IMG/VR virus record: IMGVR_UViG_3300037418_002133
Span: 1-64,000 of that record
Source of the DNA: a virus
DNA: 64,000 nt
Strand: one strand, 5' to 3'
The notes under the pieces were generated by a model that saw only the letters and a list, made by a program, of their open reading frames with translations, made no database searches and had not been told where the DNA came from. Shown here piece after piece: positions 37,901-46,652 of the stretch. The stretch's first letter is position 1; each line of letters starts with the position of its first letter. The translations under genes and the position numbers were made by a program.

Positions 37901-39465
37901 GCCTCGCGTTGATCAGCTTGCGCGCCGGCCTTAGCCAGAACAGCACGCGCTTCGTCACGCTCGCGGGTCAGCCGGGCGATTTCCTGGGCATTCGGCCCGT
38001 CGATCGTCGCTTGACCCGTCACCGGGTTGATCGTGACCTGAGACTGTTTCGCCAGTTCAAGCCGACGCTCAAGCGACTTCAGGTAAGGCTCCGCCTCCAT
38101 CACCTGTTTGCGCGATTCGGCGCCGAACTTGACGAGGTTCTGGTAGGCGTCGGCCGATTTATCCGAGAACAGCCCGAACGAAACGGCAAGCACGCCGATC
38201 AGGCCGGCGAGCGGGATGATCACGCTGGATACCGTGCTGATGGCGACGCCAGCCATGGTCCAGACCGCGGACATATTGCGCACCGCGAGCGTTGTACGGG
38301 AGATCGCTGCTGTCGCCGGCGCCGTCGCTGCATCCAGATTGTTGAACCGGATCTTTTCGACCATGCCGTTCCAGGCCAGACCCAGTTGCTGAACCTTCGG
38401 AATAACGCCAAACAACGCGCCGCTCAGGTTCATCAAGCCGGAAAGCAAAACCTTGATGCTGATACCGCCGCCCAAAATCATGGCGAGCTGAACAATCTCG
38501 TCGCGGAAACGGACAATGCCGTCGAGCGCCTGACGAAGACCGCCGACGATCGACGCCAGACCAGAGCCGAGGCTCTTGGCAAAGCGTTCAGCGGTCGGAC
38601 CGGCAAGGAACGTGTTGAGGTCGGCAAGCTGCTTTTTGACAGCCTCGAAGAAGCCCGCATCGCCGGCGGTTGTCGCCAGCAACTGCCACAACGTCGTCAT
38701 CTGGGCCAGGCGACCGTTGAAGGTCTGCATCTGCTCCAGAGCGGCGCCGCCGAAGGTTGCTTCAGTCTCGATAAAGAACGCCTCAAGGGCGGATTTGGCT
38801 TCGAGCGTGCCCTTGCTGATGATCTGGATGAGCTGACTCATGCTCACGCCCATCGATCGCGCCATGATCTCCACGGCGCGCGGCATCGCTTCACCGAGTT
38901 GCTGCCGCAACTCTTCCATCTGGATCACGCCCTTGCCCGACATCTGGCTGATCGCGATGGTCGCGCGCTTCATGACGTCGTCGGTGCCGCCGAATGCAGC
39001 CACACCGTCAAGCAACGCGTTGAAGCCGCCCTTCATCGGGTCGAGACCGGTCGCCTTCATCTTGACGAAGGTGTCGGTCATCGCCTTGAGCGAGAACGGG
39101 GCGGATTTGGCAGATTCACGCAGGAAGGCAACCTGGGAGGCTGCTTCCTTGATCGGGTCGGCCGCGTTGGACATGCCGCGCAGGAGGAAGCCGAGCTTCT
39201 CCATTTCGGCATTGACCTTGATGATGTCGGTCGCCCAGCCGGTCGTCACCATCCGCAGGTTTTCGATCGCCTGCCGCGCCATACCGAAGGTGATCGACAG
39301 ATCCCGGATCGTGCCGAGGAAGGAACGGTTGGTCTCATCGAGCAGCCGGACCGAGTGAATGGTCTGGCCGACGTTCCTCTGGAATTGACGAACGGACTCT
39401 CCCGCATGGATCATGCGGGAGGTAAAGGTGCCGTCCTCTAATTCCAGTTCAACGCGAACCGACAC
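34966..39465 (-). CDS. Tape measure protein with lytic transglycosylase-like domain
   Basis: QMSGKGVIQMEELRQQLGE tape-measure motif; internal RESGG..NPNSTASGPGQFIEKTW. Confidence 0.93.
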   Translation of the reverse strand: MSVRVELELEDGTFTSRMIHAGESVRQFQRNVGQTIHSVRLLDETNRSFLGTIRDLSITFGMARQAIENLRMVTTGWATDIIKVNAEMEKLGFLLRGMSNAADPIKEAASQVAFLRESAKSAPFSLKAMTDTFVKMKATGLDPMKGGFNALLDGVAAFGGTDDVMKRATIAISQMSGKGVIQMEELRQQLGEAMPRAVEIMARSMGVSMSQLIQIISKGTLEAKSALEAFFIETEATFGGAALEQMQTFNGRLAQMTTLWQLLATTAGDAGFFEAVKKQLADLNTFLAGPTAERFAKSLGSGLASIVGGLRQALDGIVRFRDEIVQLAMILGGGISIKVLLSGLMNLSGALFGVIPKVQQLGLAWNGMVEKIRFNNLDAATAPATAAISRTTLAVRNMSAVWTMAGVAISTVSSVIIPLAGLIGVLAVSFGLFSDKSADAYQNLVKFGAESRKQVMEAEPYLKSLERRLELAKQSQVTINPVTGQATIDGPNAQEIARLTRERDEARAVLAKAGAQADQREAENIAREEQDKLDGEIRQIQKSYDAQAKIRSKAYDDELKEANKNRGDISAIQAKYSEEHKKALVDQLQAQYDIYEDRINAINALAEDGDARAISLQDKYVFDLIKKQGALREQMIRIRELAAKPVEIDKSINLDKLLERAKAKTDDLKGSNAGMRAELAGASSDMAKLLFMIEEAVAKKNYVGPLSNADIKEQIENLKKEMAVHDELSQKINAQNKINAEIQRLNQKATEDMAEAKIKAAGGDKLSGTQRFMIQLREGVFNGKTQLQQIKDKWGDIGRGAAEAGSEMKRVFDSLMEPGGAVVNLLQRAATGFQNLSNIKGGAGASGGAFSLPSFSSGNSLTDRIINRESGGRDIKNPNSTASGPGQFIEKTWLAFLTETHKDLLAGGREAALALRSDSELARQATQWLMGKSAAEFRKNGIEPTDANLRLGHFLGPAGASAALSQSDETLVRSIPILTEAIRKNYEVFKNITTVGDLKAWALRQVGSGTTPIGGPRTSGPALTPEQQAALDDTAQKELAKKAFDAAQALDERTRKYLNGVIENATADAGKLSNLAQVRADIMNGKGPSGVANKNPDDPIFKDLLAAAQALDESDAKYAERKKLRTALQSAADRKAAEDISLLEKQNDLDQQLRDEQKLHFSSKYYAELRRLARETADQQKAVSTGVTDQATSDKFLEGRKAQIAMLRDNEIKEALKTEQQKTIAIERSLMTVDGEREKTYQDDIRRNQQYLALYQGTGEDRVRVEQMVERNIRALRAQQFTLNPMGKLMKDWSDFGKNIYQAGANWLDQTADKLADFVTTGKANFADLAASISKSLASIAIKGAFGQLISNMLGIPTGGKSLGKGGSAPMNILPAMHHTGGLAGAMMPYRSVSPALFAGASRFHGGTGGLTLSGDEIPIIAKRGEQVDWPANLAKQYGGGGTVFSPTVAVTVQGSAGMTDADHQKMGEAVGRAAMDHIRRMMGDEIRMQTRPGGILAR

Positions 39466-39802
39466 TGCTCATGTCTCCAACGGAGTTAATCCACGCCTTG
39501 TCGTCGGCCGACAAAACGTCACGCTTGGCATTCGCTGCTTTCTTAGCCATGTCGATTTCGACGACGTGGCCGATCTGCTCCTGCAACTTTTCAAGGTAGG
39601 TTGTGAGACCTTCCTTGTCCGAATTGGTCCGTAGAATGAGTTCGGCAGAACGAATATCGTTCTCCGCATTCATCCGATCGATGTTCTTACTCAGCATCCA
39701 GAAGGTGACGAGCGGCAGGCTCAGCACCTTCTTGACGTCCGAGAAACCGTAGTGCGCAAGCACCCGCGAGAAGAGAAAGCCGAAATCGATGGCTTTGATC
39801 AT
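39449..39802 (-). CDS. Tail assembly chaperone (gpT-like)
   Basis: Position before the tape measure gene; -1 frame relative to upstream chaperone. Confidence 0.7.
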   Translation of the reverse strand: MIKAIDFGFLFSRVLAHYGFSDVKKVLSLPLVTFWMLSKNIDRMNAENDIRSAELILRTNSDKEGLTTYLEKLQEQIGHVVEIDMAKKAANAKRDVLSADDKAWINSVGDMSSVGSR

Positions 39803-40149
39803 CCCGCCGTCGGAGGGTTTTCAGTCGCCTCCGCAGCCGCTTCCGTCTCAACCTTCTTCTGGCCGTTGTGCTCCTGGGCGAACTCGACCAGCTTGTTGAG
39901 CTGTGGCAGCGTGAACCTGCCGAGCATTTCCTTGGTCATCGTCGGAAACGCGCGCATCAACATGCCGGTGATCATGTCGATCTCGGCTTCGGCGGTCACA
40001 ACGCCGGCGGTGAACTTCTCGATGGCGCGCGTGTTGGCGATGAAGTCGTCGACGGTCAGCGGCGCCAGCTTGTGCTCCACACCGCCAAACTTGACGACAA
40101 CTTCCTGATCGGGAATGACTGCATCCAGGTCGATAAAATTAGTGGCCAT
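39799..40149 (-). CDS. Tail assembly chaperone (gpG-like)
   Basis: Position between tube and tape measure genes. Confidence 0.7.
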   Translation of the reverse strand: MATNFIDLDAVIPDQEVVVKFGGVEHKLAPLTVDDFIANTRAIEKFTAGVVTAEAEIDMITGMLMRAFPTMTKEMLGRFTLPQLNKLVEFAQEHNGQKKVETEAAAEATENPPTAG

Positions 40150-40235
40150 GTATCCTGCTCTGTAAAAAGAAAAGACTGACATCCGTGTCCGGATATCAGT
40201 CAGTTCTGACTTATATTTTCGGAAGAAGCAAGGGA

Positions 40236-41114
40236 TTATGCGTCCGCATCTTCGTTGCCGAAGTAGAACATCTTGCCCGACACGCCGAGGGACGAATCCG
40301 GATAGGCGTTGAACTCGACGTTGAACACGCGCTCGGCGTCGAGCTTGTAGTTGAACGTCGCGGCACCCGGCGTGTTAGCCAGCGGCATGATGAAGTCTTC
40401 GCTCTTGTCCGCCGCAGGCAGGCCCTGCGGGTGGAACACGAGCTTCTTGGCCGTCTTGAGAAGCGAGATACCCACGCCAGTCGGGACCGACACACCCTCG
40501 ATGCTCGGGTTGGCGCCGCCGGTGAGCTTGGCGCCCGAGAGCGTCAGGTTCGCCGTGGTTGTGATGTCGGAGGCCAGCGTGAAATCATTGGCTTCGACAC
40601 CGTATTCGTCGGCGGTCAGGGTCACGACGCCGAGATTGGCCGACGCGGTGATACGCGACACCAGAGGATCGGTCGACGCATTGATCTTCGCAGCCAAACC
40701 AGCCGCAGCCTCGCTGAAGGTGCCGGCAATCGGCATGTCGTTGGTGTTCGGCAGCGGGTTCGTGGCCCACGAAAATACAACGCCATTCAGGGTCACGCTG
40801 TCACCATCGACCGGCGCTGCTGTCGAGAACGTCAGAGTGCCGGTTGCCTTGGTGCCGCCGCTCTGTTTGAGCACGGCACCCGGCATGATACGCGCCATGT
40901 TGGCGATTGTGGTCTCGACCAGCGGAACCTTGGCCTTGCAGGTACGACCGGTGATGTAGTCGTCGACCGGCGTGTCGCCGTACTGGTCGACCTTGACCTC
41001 GTGCGAAGTGGTGCTGATGGCAATTTCAACACCACCCTGCGTCAGGCCCAGATCGACGCCGTCCCAGGTGACCTGGCAGACGCCCAGCTTAATATTGCGG
41101 GTATTCGAAGACAT
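40236..41114 (-). CDS. Major tail (tube) protein with inserted domain
   Basis: DLGLTQGGVE..DQYG.TP..PLVETT and ERVFNVEF.AYPD. Confidence 0.85.
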   Translation of the reverse strand: MSSNTRNIKLGVCQVTWDGVDLGLTQGGVEIAISTTSHEVKVDQYGDTPVDDYITGRTCKAKVPLVETTIANMARIMPGAVLKQSGGTKATGTLTFSTAAPVDGDSVTLNGVVFSWATNPLPNTNDMPIAGTFSEAAAGLAAKINASTDPLVSRITASANLGVVTLTADEYGVEANDFTLASDITTTANLTLSGAKLTGGANPSIEGVSVPTGVGISLLKTAKKLVFHPQGLPAADKSEDFIMPLANTPGAATFNYKLDAERVFNVEFNAYPDSSLGVSGKMFYFGNEDADA

Positions 41115-41200
41115 TTGCTCAGATCCTTCTTAGCAACGGATGAAATCTACCCAATATTTTAGCCGATAGAGGCGAAAAGACAAGTCAGAACTGACTTATA

Positions 41201-41725
41201 TCACGCCTCATTTTTTGACAGCGCGCCGTTGCCCTGAAGATAGACCACGCGGATATTCGCCGGCTGAATCGTCATTGGCGATCGACGAGCAGCGTACAGC
41301 CGATTCTTGGCAATCCGGGTGATGTTGACCTGATCCGACTGGTTGCACCCCAGACAGTGATAGGCGTTGGAATCTTCGCCGATATAGAGGGTGACGTGGC
41401 CTCCCCCATTACGCTTGAACGTGAGGACGTCACCGAGCATCGGGCGCGGAACCTTGGTGCCGAACTTGGCCCATGACAGCGCCCACAGCGGCGAGTTCGG
41501 GATCTCTTTGCCGGCACGCTTGGCCGCAACAGCCATGCCTAGCCCGCACCACGGAATCGAGTCCGCGGTATAGACGTTGCGCAGACCAACCTCCTCGGCC
41601 CACTTCATGATGACCGGGTTGTTGCCGGCGCCGGGCGTTTCGCGCGTGCCGTACATCTTGAGCATTTCGACCAGGATCCGCGGACCAGGTTCGTTGGCAA
41701 GCCAGGCGTATTGGGTCGGGAGCAT
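41201..41725 (-). CDS. CHAP/NlpC-type peptidoglycan hydrolase (TIGR02594-like), probable endolysin
   Basis: D.IPWCG, ALSW..FG, GGGHV, LGCNQSDQV. Confidence 0.85.
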   Translation of the reverse strand: MLPTQYAWLANEPGPRILVEMLKMYGTRETPGAGNNPVIMKWAEEVGLRNVYTADSIPWCGLGMAVAAKRAGKEIPNSPLWALSWAKFGTKVPRPMLGDVLTFKRNGGGHVTLYIGEDSNAYHCLGCNQSDQVNITRIAKNRLYAARRSPMTIQPANIRVVYLQGNGALSKNEA

Positions 41726-41728
41726 GAT

Positions 41729-42139
41729 TTATCCTTCCATGGGTAGAACATAGGTCACGTTGAAATTGAGCGACCATTCGGTGACACGCCCATCCGACCG
41801 CGGATAGACGATGGGGAGCTTCTCGGGGTACATCTGATTGATCTGCATCAGGAATGCGCCGCCGTTCGGATCGCTGAAGACGACCCGGTACATGGTGAAC
41901 AGCTTCATGATCGCGGCCGACGTGGTGTCGCCACGCACCTGATCGGTGTCGCGCACAATCACCTGTGTCGTCGTCTTGAGGTAGCCCGGCATGTTGTAGT
42001 CGGTCTCGATGCCGTTGATCGGATTGCGCAGCATGATGCCGCGTGTGGCATCAGCGTCCATGCGATGCACGAAGATATCGGTGCCACGCTGGCCAAAGCC
42101 GTTGATTTCAAGCATTTCGGCGAGGAGATCCAGCCTCAT
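41729..42139 (-). CDS. Tail terminator/neck protein
   Basis: Position and size. Confidence 0.65.
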   Translation of the reverse strand: MRLDLLAEMLEINGFGQRGTDIFVHRMDADATRGIMLRNPINGIETDYNMPGYLKTTTQVIVRDTDQVRGDTTSAAIMKLFTMYRVVFSDPNGGAFLMQINQMYPEKLPIVYPRSDGRVTEWSLNFNVTYVLPMEG

Positions 42140-42585
42140 CCTTCCAGCTCCTTCATGTCACTCATGACCGATTTGATCAGCGCGCTCTCCAGTCGCTTCT
42201 TCGACTCGGCCGCGGCGCGTTCAAGGAATTTGCGGCCGATGTCGACGCCTGGATTGGCGTCGCGTTTGGCAATCGTCTCGGCGCCAGGCTTCATACTTTC
42301 GTAGTTCTCGTGGATCAACGCTGCGTACTGGTCGACATTGACGCCGTCGACGACGCCACCCACGACGATGCTGATCGACAGGCGCCCGCGCGTGCCGTAG
42401 CTCTTTTCGATATGGATGGCCTTTTCCAGATTGTGCTTGTCGACCGGCGCATAGAGCTGCGCCTTTTTGACCACCTTGGCGGCTTCGCGATGCATCACCT
42501 TGCGAGCGTTGTCGGGGACTTTCTGCGCCGCGTGTTCGAACTTAACCAGCAGTTCGTCGAGCCCCGTAACCTTCATATTGATCAT
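42136..42585 (-). CDS. HK97 gp10-like neck protein
   Basis: APVDKHNL, YAALIHE, KFLERA. Confidence 0.8.
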   Translation of the reverse strand: MINMKVTGLDELLVKFEHAAQKVPDNARKVMHREAAKVVKKAQLYAPVDKHNLEKAIHIEKSYGTRGRLSISIVVGGVVDGVNVDQYAALIHENYESMKPGAETIAKRDANPGVDIGRKFLERAAAESKKRLESALIKSVMSDMKELEG

Positions 42586-42935
42586 GACGGGTATCGCTCC
42601 AGCGTGACCTCGTAATGGTCGAGCCGGCCGATCACGTCGAACCGCTGCTCAATGCCGACGACCCGCAATACCTCGCCGGCGATCTCAAACTTATCGTCAG
42701 TCTTGATATTGACCCCGACCGGAAACAGGATGACGGCCTTATCGGTCTGTTCCTCGGCGCTGCCGCGTGATCCGCTCTGGTCGGTACGCACCGAACTCTT
42801 GGCGATCTGCCCGATCAGGTGAACGACCGCGCACATGACGCTGACCGGCGCCGCATAGGTGAACTGGCTGTAGAGGTCGCGACGGGTATGCGACGACAGC
42901 TTGCCGGTGTTGTTCGACATGAAAAACACCATCAC
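42582..42935 (-). CDS. Head closure protein
   Basis: Position, size and beta-rich sequence. Confidence 0.65.
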   Translation of the reverse strand: MMVFFMSNNTGKLSSHTRRDLYSQFTYAAPVSVMCAVVHLIGQIAKSSVRTDQSGSRGSAEEQTDKAVILFPVGVNIKTDDKFEIAGEVLRVVGIEQRFDVIGRLDHYEVTLERYPS

Positions 42936-43693
42936 GCGACCCTCGTTAGAACAGCTTCAGAATTAGGGTGAAAGATCACGTCCTTGATCTCGGCGTAGGT
43001 CGGCAGCGTCGAATTCGAGGCGACCGAAATAATCATGCCGTGATTGTCGGACTTGGGATCGCTGTGGTCGATCTGGGCAACGTCGACGCCGTGATCGCTC
43101 AGGGTCAAAAGGACCGCTTCATTGTAGGTCGCAAGCAAATGCTGGCGCCAAACCGAGCGAATAAATTTCCGTGACGGCCAGCGCTGATTGCGGCGATCAT
43201 GAAAGAAGAAGGCCAGTTCGCTCGCGTTGCCGATGCGGTACTGCATCAGAGCGGTTCGCAGCGGAATCCGATTGGCGCGAGCAGCAATCGCCACATGCAG
43301 ATAGGTCGATCGGACCGATTTTTGCAGGAATGCAATGTCGCGCTCGATCTGTACTGAGATTTCGCGCAGCAAATATTCGTTGTTCGCGTTGACGTGCTCG
43401 CTGACTGCGTCCGCAAGTTCTAAGACGTGTTTGTTGCTCAACTGCTGCAACGTCACCCCTTGAGCTTCTAATGCGACGGCGTTCGAGACCTCTTCGATTC
43501 GAGCCGTCTCGTCGTCGAGATAGGTGTGGGCGAGGCGATAGGCTTGAGCAACGATCGAGCGGAGCTGCTTCTCGGAGCCGAAATGGGACTGGTCGAGTGC
43601 GGCGCTGTAGATCGAACGCCAGCCTTCGACCAGAAGACCGTAACGCTGCGACGCGGCATCGGCGTCATTGCTGATAAGTTGCGTGATCCTCAT
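42932..43693 (-). CDS. Head morphogenesis/minor capsid-like protein
   Basis: ATG at 43693; C-terminal IFHPN motif. Confidence 0.6.
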   Translation of the reverse strand: MRITQLISNDADAASQRYGLLVEGWRSIYSAALDQSHFGSEKQLRSIVAQAYRLAHTYLDDETARIEEVSNAVALEAQGVTLQQLSNKHVLELADAVSEHVNANNEYLLREISVQIERDIAFLQKSVRSTYLHVAIAARANRIPLRTALMQYRIGNASELAFFFHDRRNQRWPSRKFIRSVWRQHLLATYNEAVLLTLSDHGVDVAQIDHSDPKSDNHGMIISVASNSTLPTYAEIKDVIFHPNSEAVLTRVA

Positions 43694-44478
43694 AGGCGGG
43701 TCAGGGTCACGCGATTGTTGAGCCAGCCGGTTAACCGGTTCATGGTGTCGCGCGACAGCCGGCCCTGAAGCGGCCCGACGCCCGAGCGGAACATCATCTT
43801 GCTTTCGCCGACGGTCCAGGCGAGCAGTCCAGAACGCATCTTGTCGCCGATCACGTCGCCGGCGAGGACTTGATTGGCCTCGATGATCTGCGCGTCCATC
43901 ATCGCGTCGCGGAACTGGACCGGATAGCGCTCGTAGAGATCCGGGGTCATCATCGGCCACATGCGCGGCGACAGACCGGAGGTGTATTCCGGAAACAACA
44001 CGCTTTGCATGTCGGGAAATTCCGGCCACGAAATCACGTAGTTCATCTGGATCAGGCGCTGGAACGCAGCAATCAAAGCCAGTTCCTGGTCGGACCTGGC
44101 GCCGGCGTCGAACGCCGTCAGATTGGGTAGATCGCGCGCCCGATACATCGCCTGCTGATAGGTTTGCAGGGTGTTCTTGAGATAGATCAGGCGCTGCACG
44201 GCGAAGACGCCGTAGACCACTTCCTTGATATAGACGCGCCCGCCGACATTGATAAAGAGTTCGAGCGAATAGCCTCCTGGCTCGTCATGCACGCTGGCCG
44301 GAATAACGATCTCGGTCGACGTACCCGACAAATCGGCAATCGGGGTCAACTGGACGATCCGCACGCCGTCTCCATCAGACACGGCGTAATTCAGCGCGGT
44401 TGGGACGAGGGCATTGCCGGCGTCGTCCTGGAACGGCACCGTCAGAGCAACGTCAGATCCAGCCGGGAAGCCGATCAT
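43690..44478 (-). CDS. Head-tail adaptor
   Basis: AQIIEAN...TVGES motif; position. Confidence 0.65.
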   Translation of the reverse strand: MIGFPAGSDVALTVPFQDDAGNALVPTALNYAVSDGDGVRIVQLTPIADLSGTSTEIVIPASVHDEPGGYSLELFINVGGRVYIKEVVYGVFAVQRLIYLKNTLQTYQQAMYRARDLPNLTAFDAGARSDQELALIAAFQRLIQMNYVISWPEFPDMQSVLFPEYTSGLSPRMWPMMTPDLYERYPVQFRDAMMDAQIIEANQVLAGDVIGDKMRSGLLAWTVGESKMMFRSGVGPLQGRLSRDTMNRLTGWLNNRVTLTRL

Positions 44479-45248
44479 TAGGTTGCTCCGTCAATCTTGG
44501 TGTAGTCGATCGAGGTCACGCCATTGGTCAGATCGATCGTCACCGCGCCGTCGGGCGATGTCAGAAGCTCCGGATTGATCACAGGCTTGGTGTTCGGGTC
44601 GGTGTGAACCGGCTTACCGTCGGGGCCGATGGCATTCGGCGTGGTCTCGGCATCGCGCAATAGATTGCCGACCAGGCGGGCTTGCTTGTCGATCTCCGCC
44701 TCGTGCTCCTTCTGAAGTCGCAGCGTTTCGGCAACCGCAGCCTCGCGGCGCCGCTTGGCGATCGCCTCGCGTTCGTCGACCCGCGCCATGTATTCGCTTT
44801 GGGCCTTCAGAATCTCGAAGATCAGGTTGTTGATGGCACGATCACGCACGCCCCACAGGTCGCCAATGGCGCGAAGACCCTTGATGCCTTCGAGTTCGGC
44901 GATCGCCTCCAGCTCCTGCTTGGTATAGATGCGCTGGGCCGGATTGCGCAGCGCCCGCGCGAGAGCGTCGCGACGTTCCTGGCGCAGCTCAGCCGGCGTC
45001 ATCCGATCGAGCGGCTCGGGAATTTCGATCTCGACATGCTTCATGTTGAGATAGCGGGCGATCGGACCGGCCTCTCCTTCCGGCACGCCGTTTTCATCGA
45101 CGATCTCGGCCGGAAGCATCGAGGCGATGCGATCCATCACGTTGCGCGGCAACGGTTCGACCGAGACGCCGTCGACGAACTGCACCATGCAGAATTCGCC
45201 GGTGTATTTCTTCCATCCCTTCGCCGTAAAACGCAGGTGATTGGCCAT
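44478..45248 (-). CDS. Head-associated hypothetical protein
   Basis: YTKQELEAIA..GIKGLRAIG helix-extension-helix-like segment. Confidence 0.6.
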   Translation of the reverse strand: MANHLRFTAKGWKKYTGEFCMVQFVDGVSVEPLPRNVMDRIASMLPAEIVDENGVPEGEAGPIARYLNMKHVEIEIPEPLDRMTPAELRQERRDALARALRNPAQRIYTKQELEAIAELEGIKGLRAIGDLWGVRDRAINNLIFEILKAQSEYMARVDEREAIAKRRREAAVAETLRLQKEHEAEIDKQARLVGNLLRDAETTPNAIGPDGKPVHTDPNTKPVINPELLTSPDGAVTIDLTNGVTSIDYTKIDGAT

Positions 45249-45508
45249 TATTGTGCTCCAAGGAGTTTGCGAACAACGGCGTCGGCATCCCGGAATTCGG
45301 TGAAGCCGCCGACGTGGTGTTCTGCGATGAAAATCTGGGGGACTGTTTCGGGCTGTTCGCCGAGGCGTTCGACCAGCTCCTGCATGATCAGAGGATCACG
45401 GCCGACATCGTGGTAGACGTAGGGATAGTGATTGCGTTCACAGTGCGCGACCGCTGCCGCGCAGAAACGGCAGTCGTCCCTGCCGTAGATCTCGACCTTA
45501 TGGGTCAT
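45248..45508 (-). CDS. Glutaredoxin
   Basis: CRFC active site, TVPQIFI, VGGF. Confidence 0.9.
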   Translation of the reverse strand: MTHKVEIYGRDDCRFCAAAVAHCERNHYPYVYHDVGRDPLIMQELVERLGEQPETVPQIFIAEHHVGGFTEFRDADAVVRKLLGAQ

Positions 45509-45525
45509 GGAATTCCCTAGTCAGC

Positions 45526-45553
45526 AAAATGGGGCGAGGTTTCCCTCGCCCCA
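45526..45553 (-). terminator. Terminator after the major capsid gene
   Basis: TGGGGCGAGG/CCTCGCCCCA stem plus U-tract on the minus strand. Confidence 0.75.
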
Positions 45554-45586
45554 CAACTATAAGTCAGAACTGACTTATATTCAAGA

Positions 45587-46495
45587 TTAAGCGGACAGAA
45601 CGCCCTTCAGACGAGCCAGAGCCAGCGTGGACTTCAGCGCGGTCGAGACGTACCACTTGACACGGTAGCGGACAGCATCCTTGTTCTGGATGGTGCCGAT
45701 CTCCTCGACCTTGAGGCCCGCCGCCTCGCCGCCCACGATGCCGTGGAAGCCGTTCGCGGTGTTGAGCTTCATCGCGTAGATGGAGGTCGTGTCGTTGTTG
45801 GTGCCCTGGACTTCGTCATCACCGATGAAATCGTTGATGATGATCGGGGTGCCGTCGTAGGCCGGAATCGGGAAACCGAAGTTCTCCCGCATCACAGTCT
45901 CGGACGTGTTGCCGCCCATGGCGCGGATCAGCATCTTGACCGAACGCCAGGTCGACTGCCGCATCATGAAGCAGTCGGCGCCGATGGTGACGGCATCCTT
46001 CAGCTCATCGAGGGCATGGAGGGTGATTGCGCCGCCGTTCGCGCCGGCCACCAGGGTCTGTGACGCCGGGGTCAGCACCTTGACGCCGTTGAACTCCTTG
46101 TTCACGTCGTTGGTGCCACCAACGCCGTTGATCAGCGAGTTCTTGAACTGGCGAGTCACAGCCTTCGACTTCGCTGAAAGCTGTTCGGCGAGCTGCTGGT
46201 TGTGGTCGGACTGGGTGGAGAGCAGGAACTTGTCCATGTCGACGTCGCCAGCGATGATGCGCAGACGGGTCGTGACAGGGGTGAACGTCGCGGCGCCTTC
46301 CGGCACGACGTCGTAGGGATCCAGGAACGCGCCCTCGGAAATGGTGTTCTCACGATTGTAGTCGTAAGACTTTCCGTTGACGGTCATGAACGGGAAGATC
46401 GCAAACAGCTCCTCGCGGTCGATGATCTCCTCGATCACACCACGCTCAAGCTGGCTCTGCGAGAGCTTGGCGGCTTCTTCAACAAGCAACGGCAT
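45587..46495 (-). CDS. Major capsid protein
   Basis: 302 aa after scaffold, strong GAGGAG RBS, terminator downstream, HK97-like pattern. Confidence 0.88.
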   Translation of the reverse strand: MPLLVEEAAKLSQSQLERGVIEEIIDREELFAIFPFMTVNGKSYDYNRENTISEGAFLDPYDVVPEGAATFTPVTTRLRIIAGDVDMDKFLLSTQSDHNQQLAEQLSAKSKAVTRQFKNSLINGVGGTNDVNKEFNGVKVLTPASQTLVAGANGGAITLHALDELKDAVTIGADCFMMRQSTWRSVKMLIRAMGGNTSETVMRENFGFPIPAYDGTPIIINDFIGDDEVQGTNNDTTSIYAMKLNTANGFHGIVGGEAAGLKVEEIGTIQNKDAVRYRVKWYVSTALKSTLALARLKGVLSA

Positions 46496-46652
46496 TTTTG
46501 TAACTCCTCAAGGAAAAGATCGCCGTGAAAACTGAGATCAGGTGTGACCTACGAATGTAAGTCAGTTCTGACTTACATAAGTGTATCGCGGCGATCGCGT
46601 TTCTCCAAGGACAAAATGCCTATACTGGCCAAAAAATCCTAGAAAGAGGTTT

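Noticed and set aside
29093-39441. Long plus-strand ORFs (e.g. 29093..30673, 37699..39441)
   Set aside because: Antisense shadows of high-GC tail genes, with no motifs
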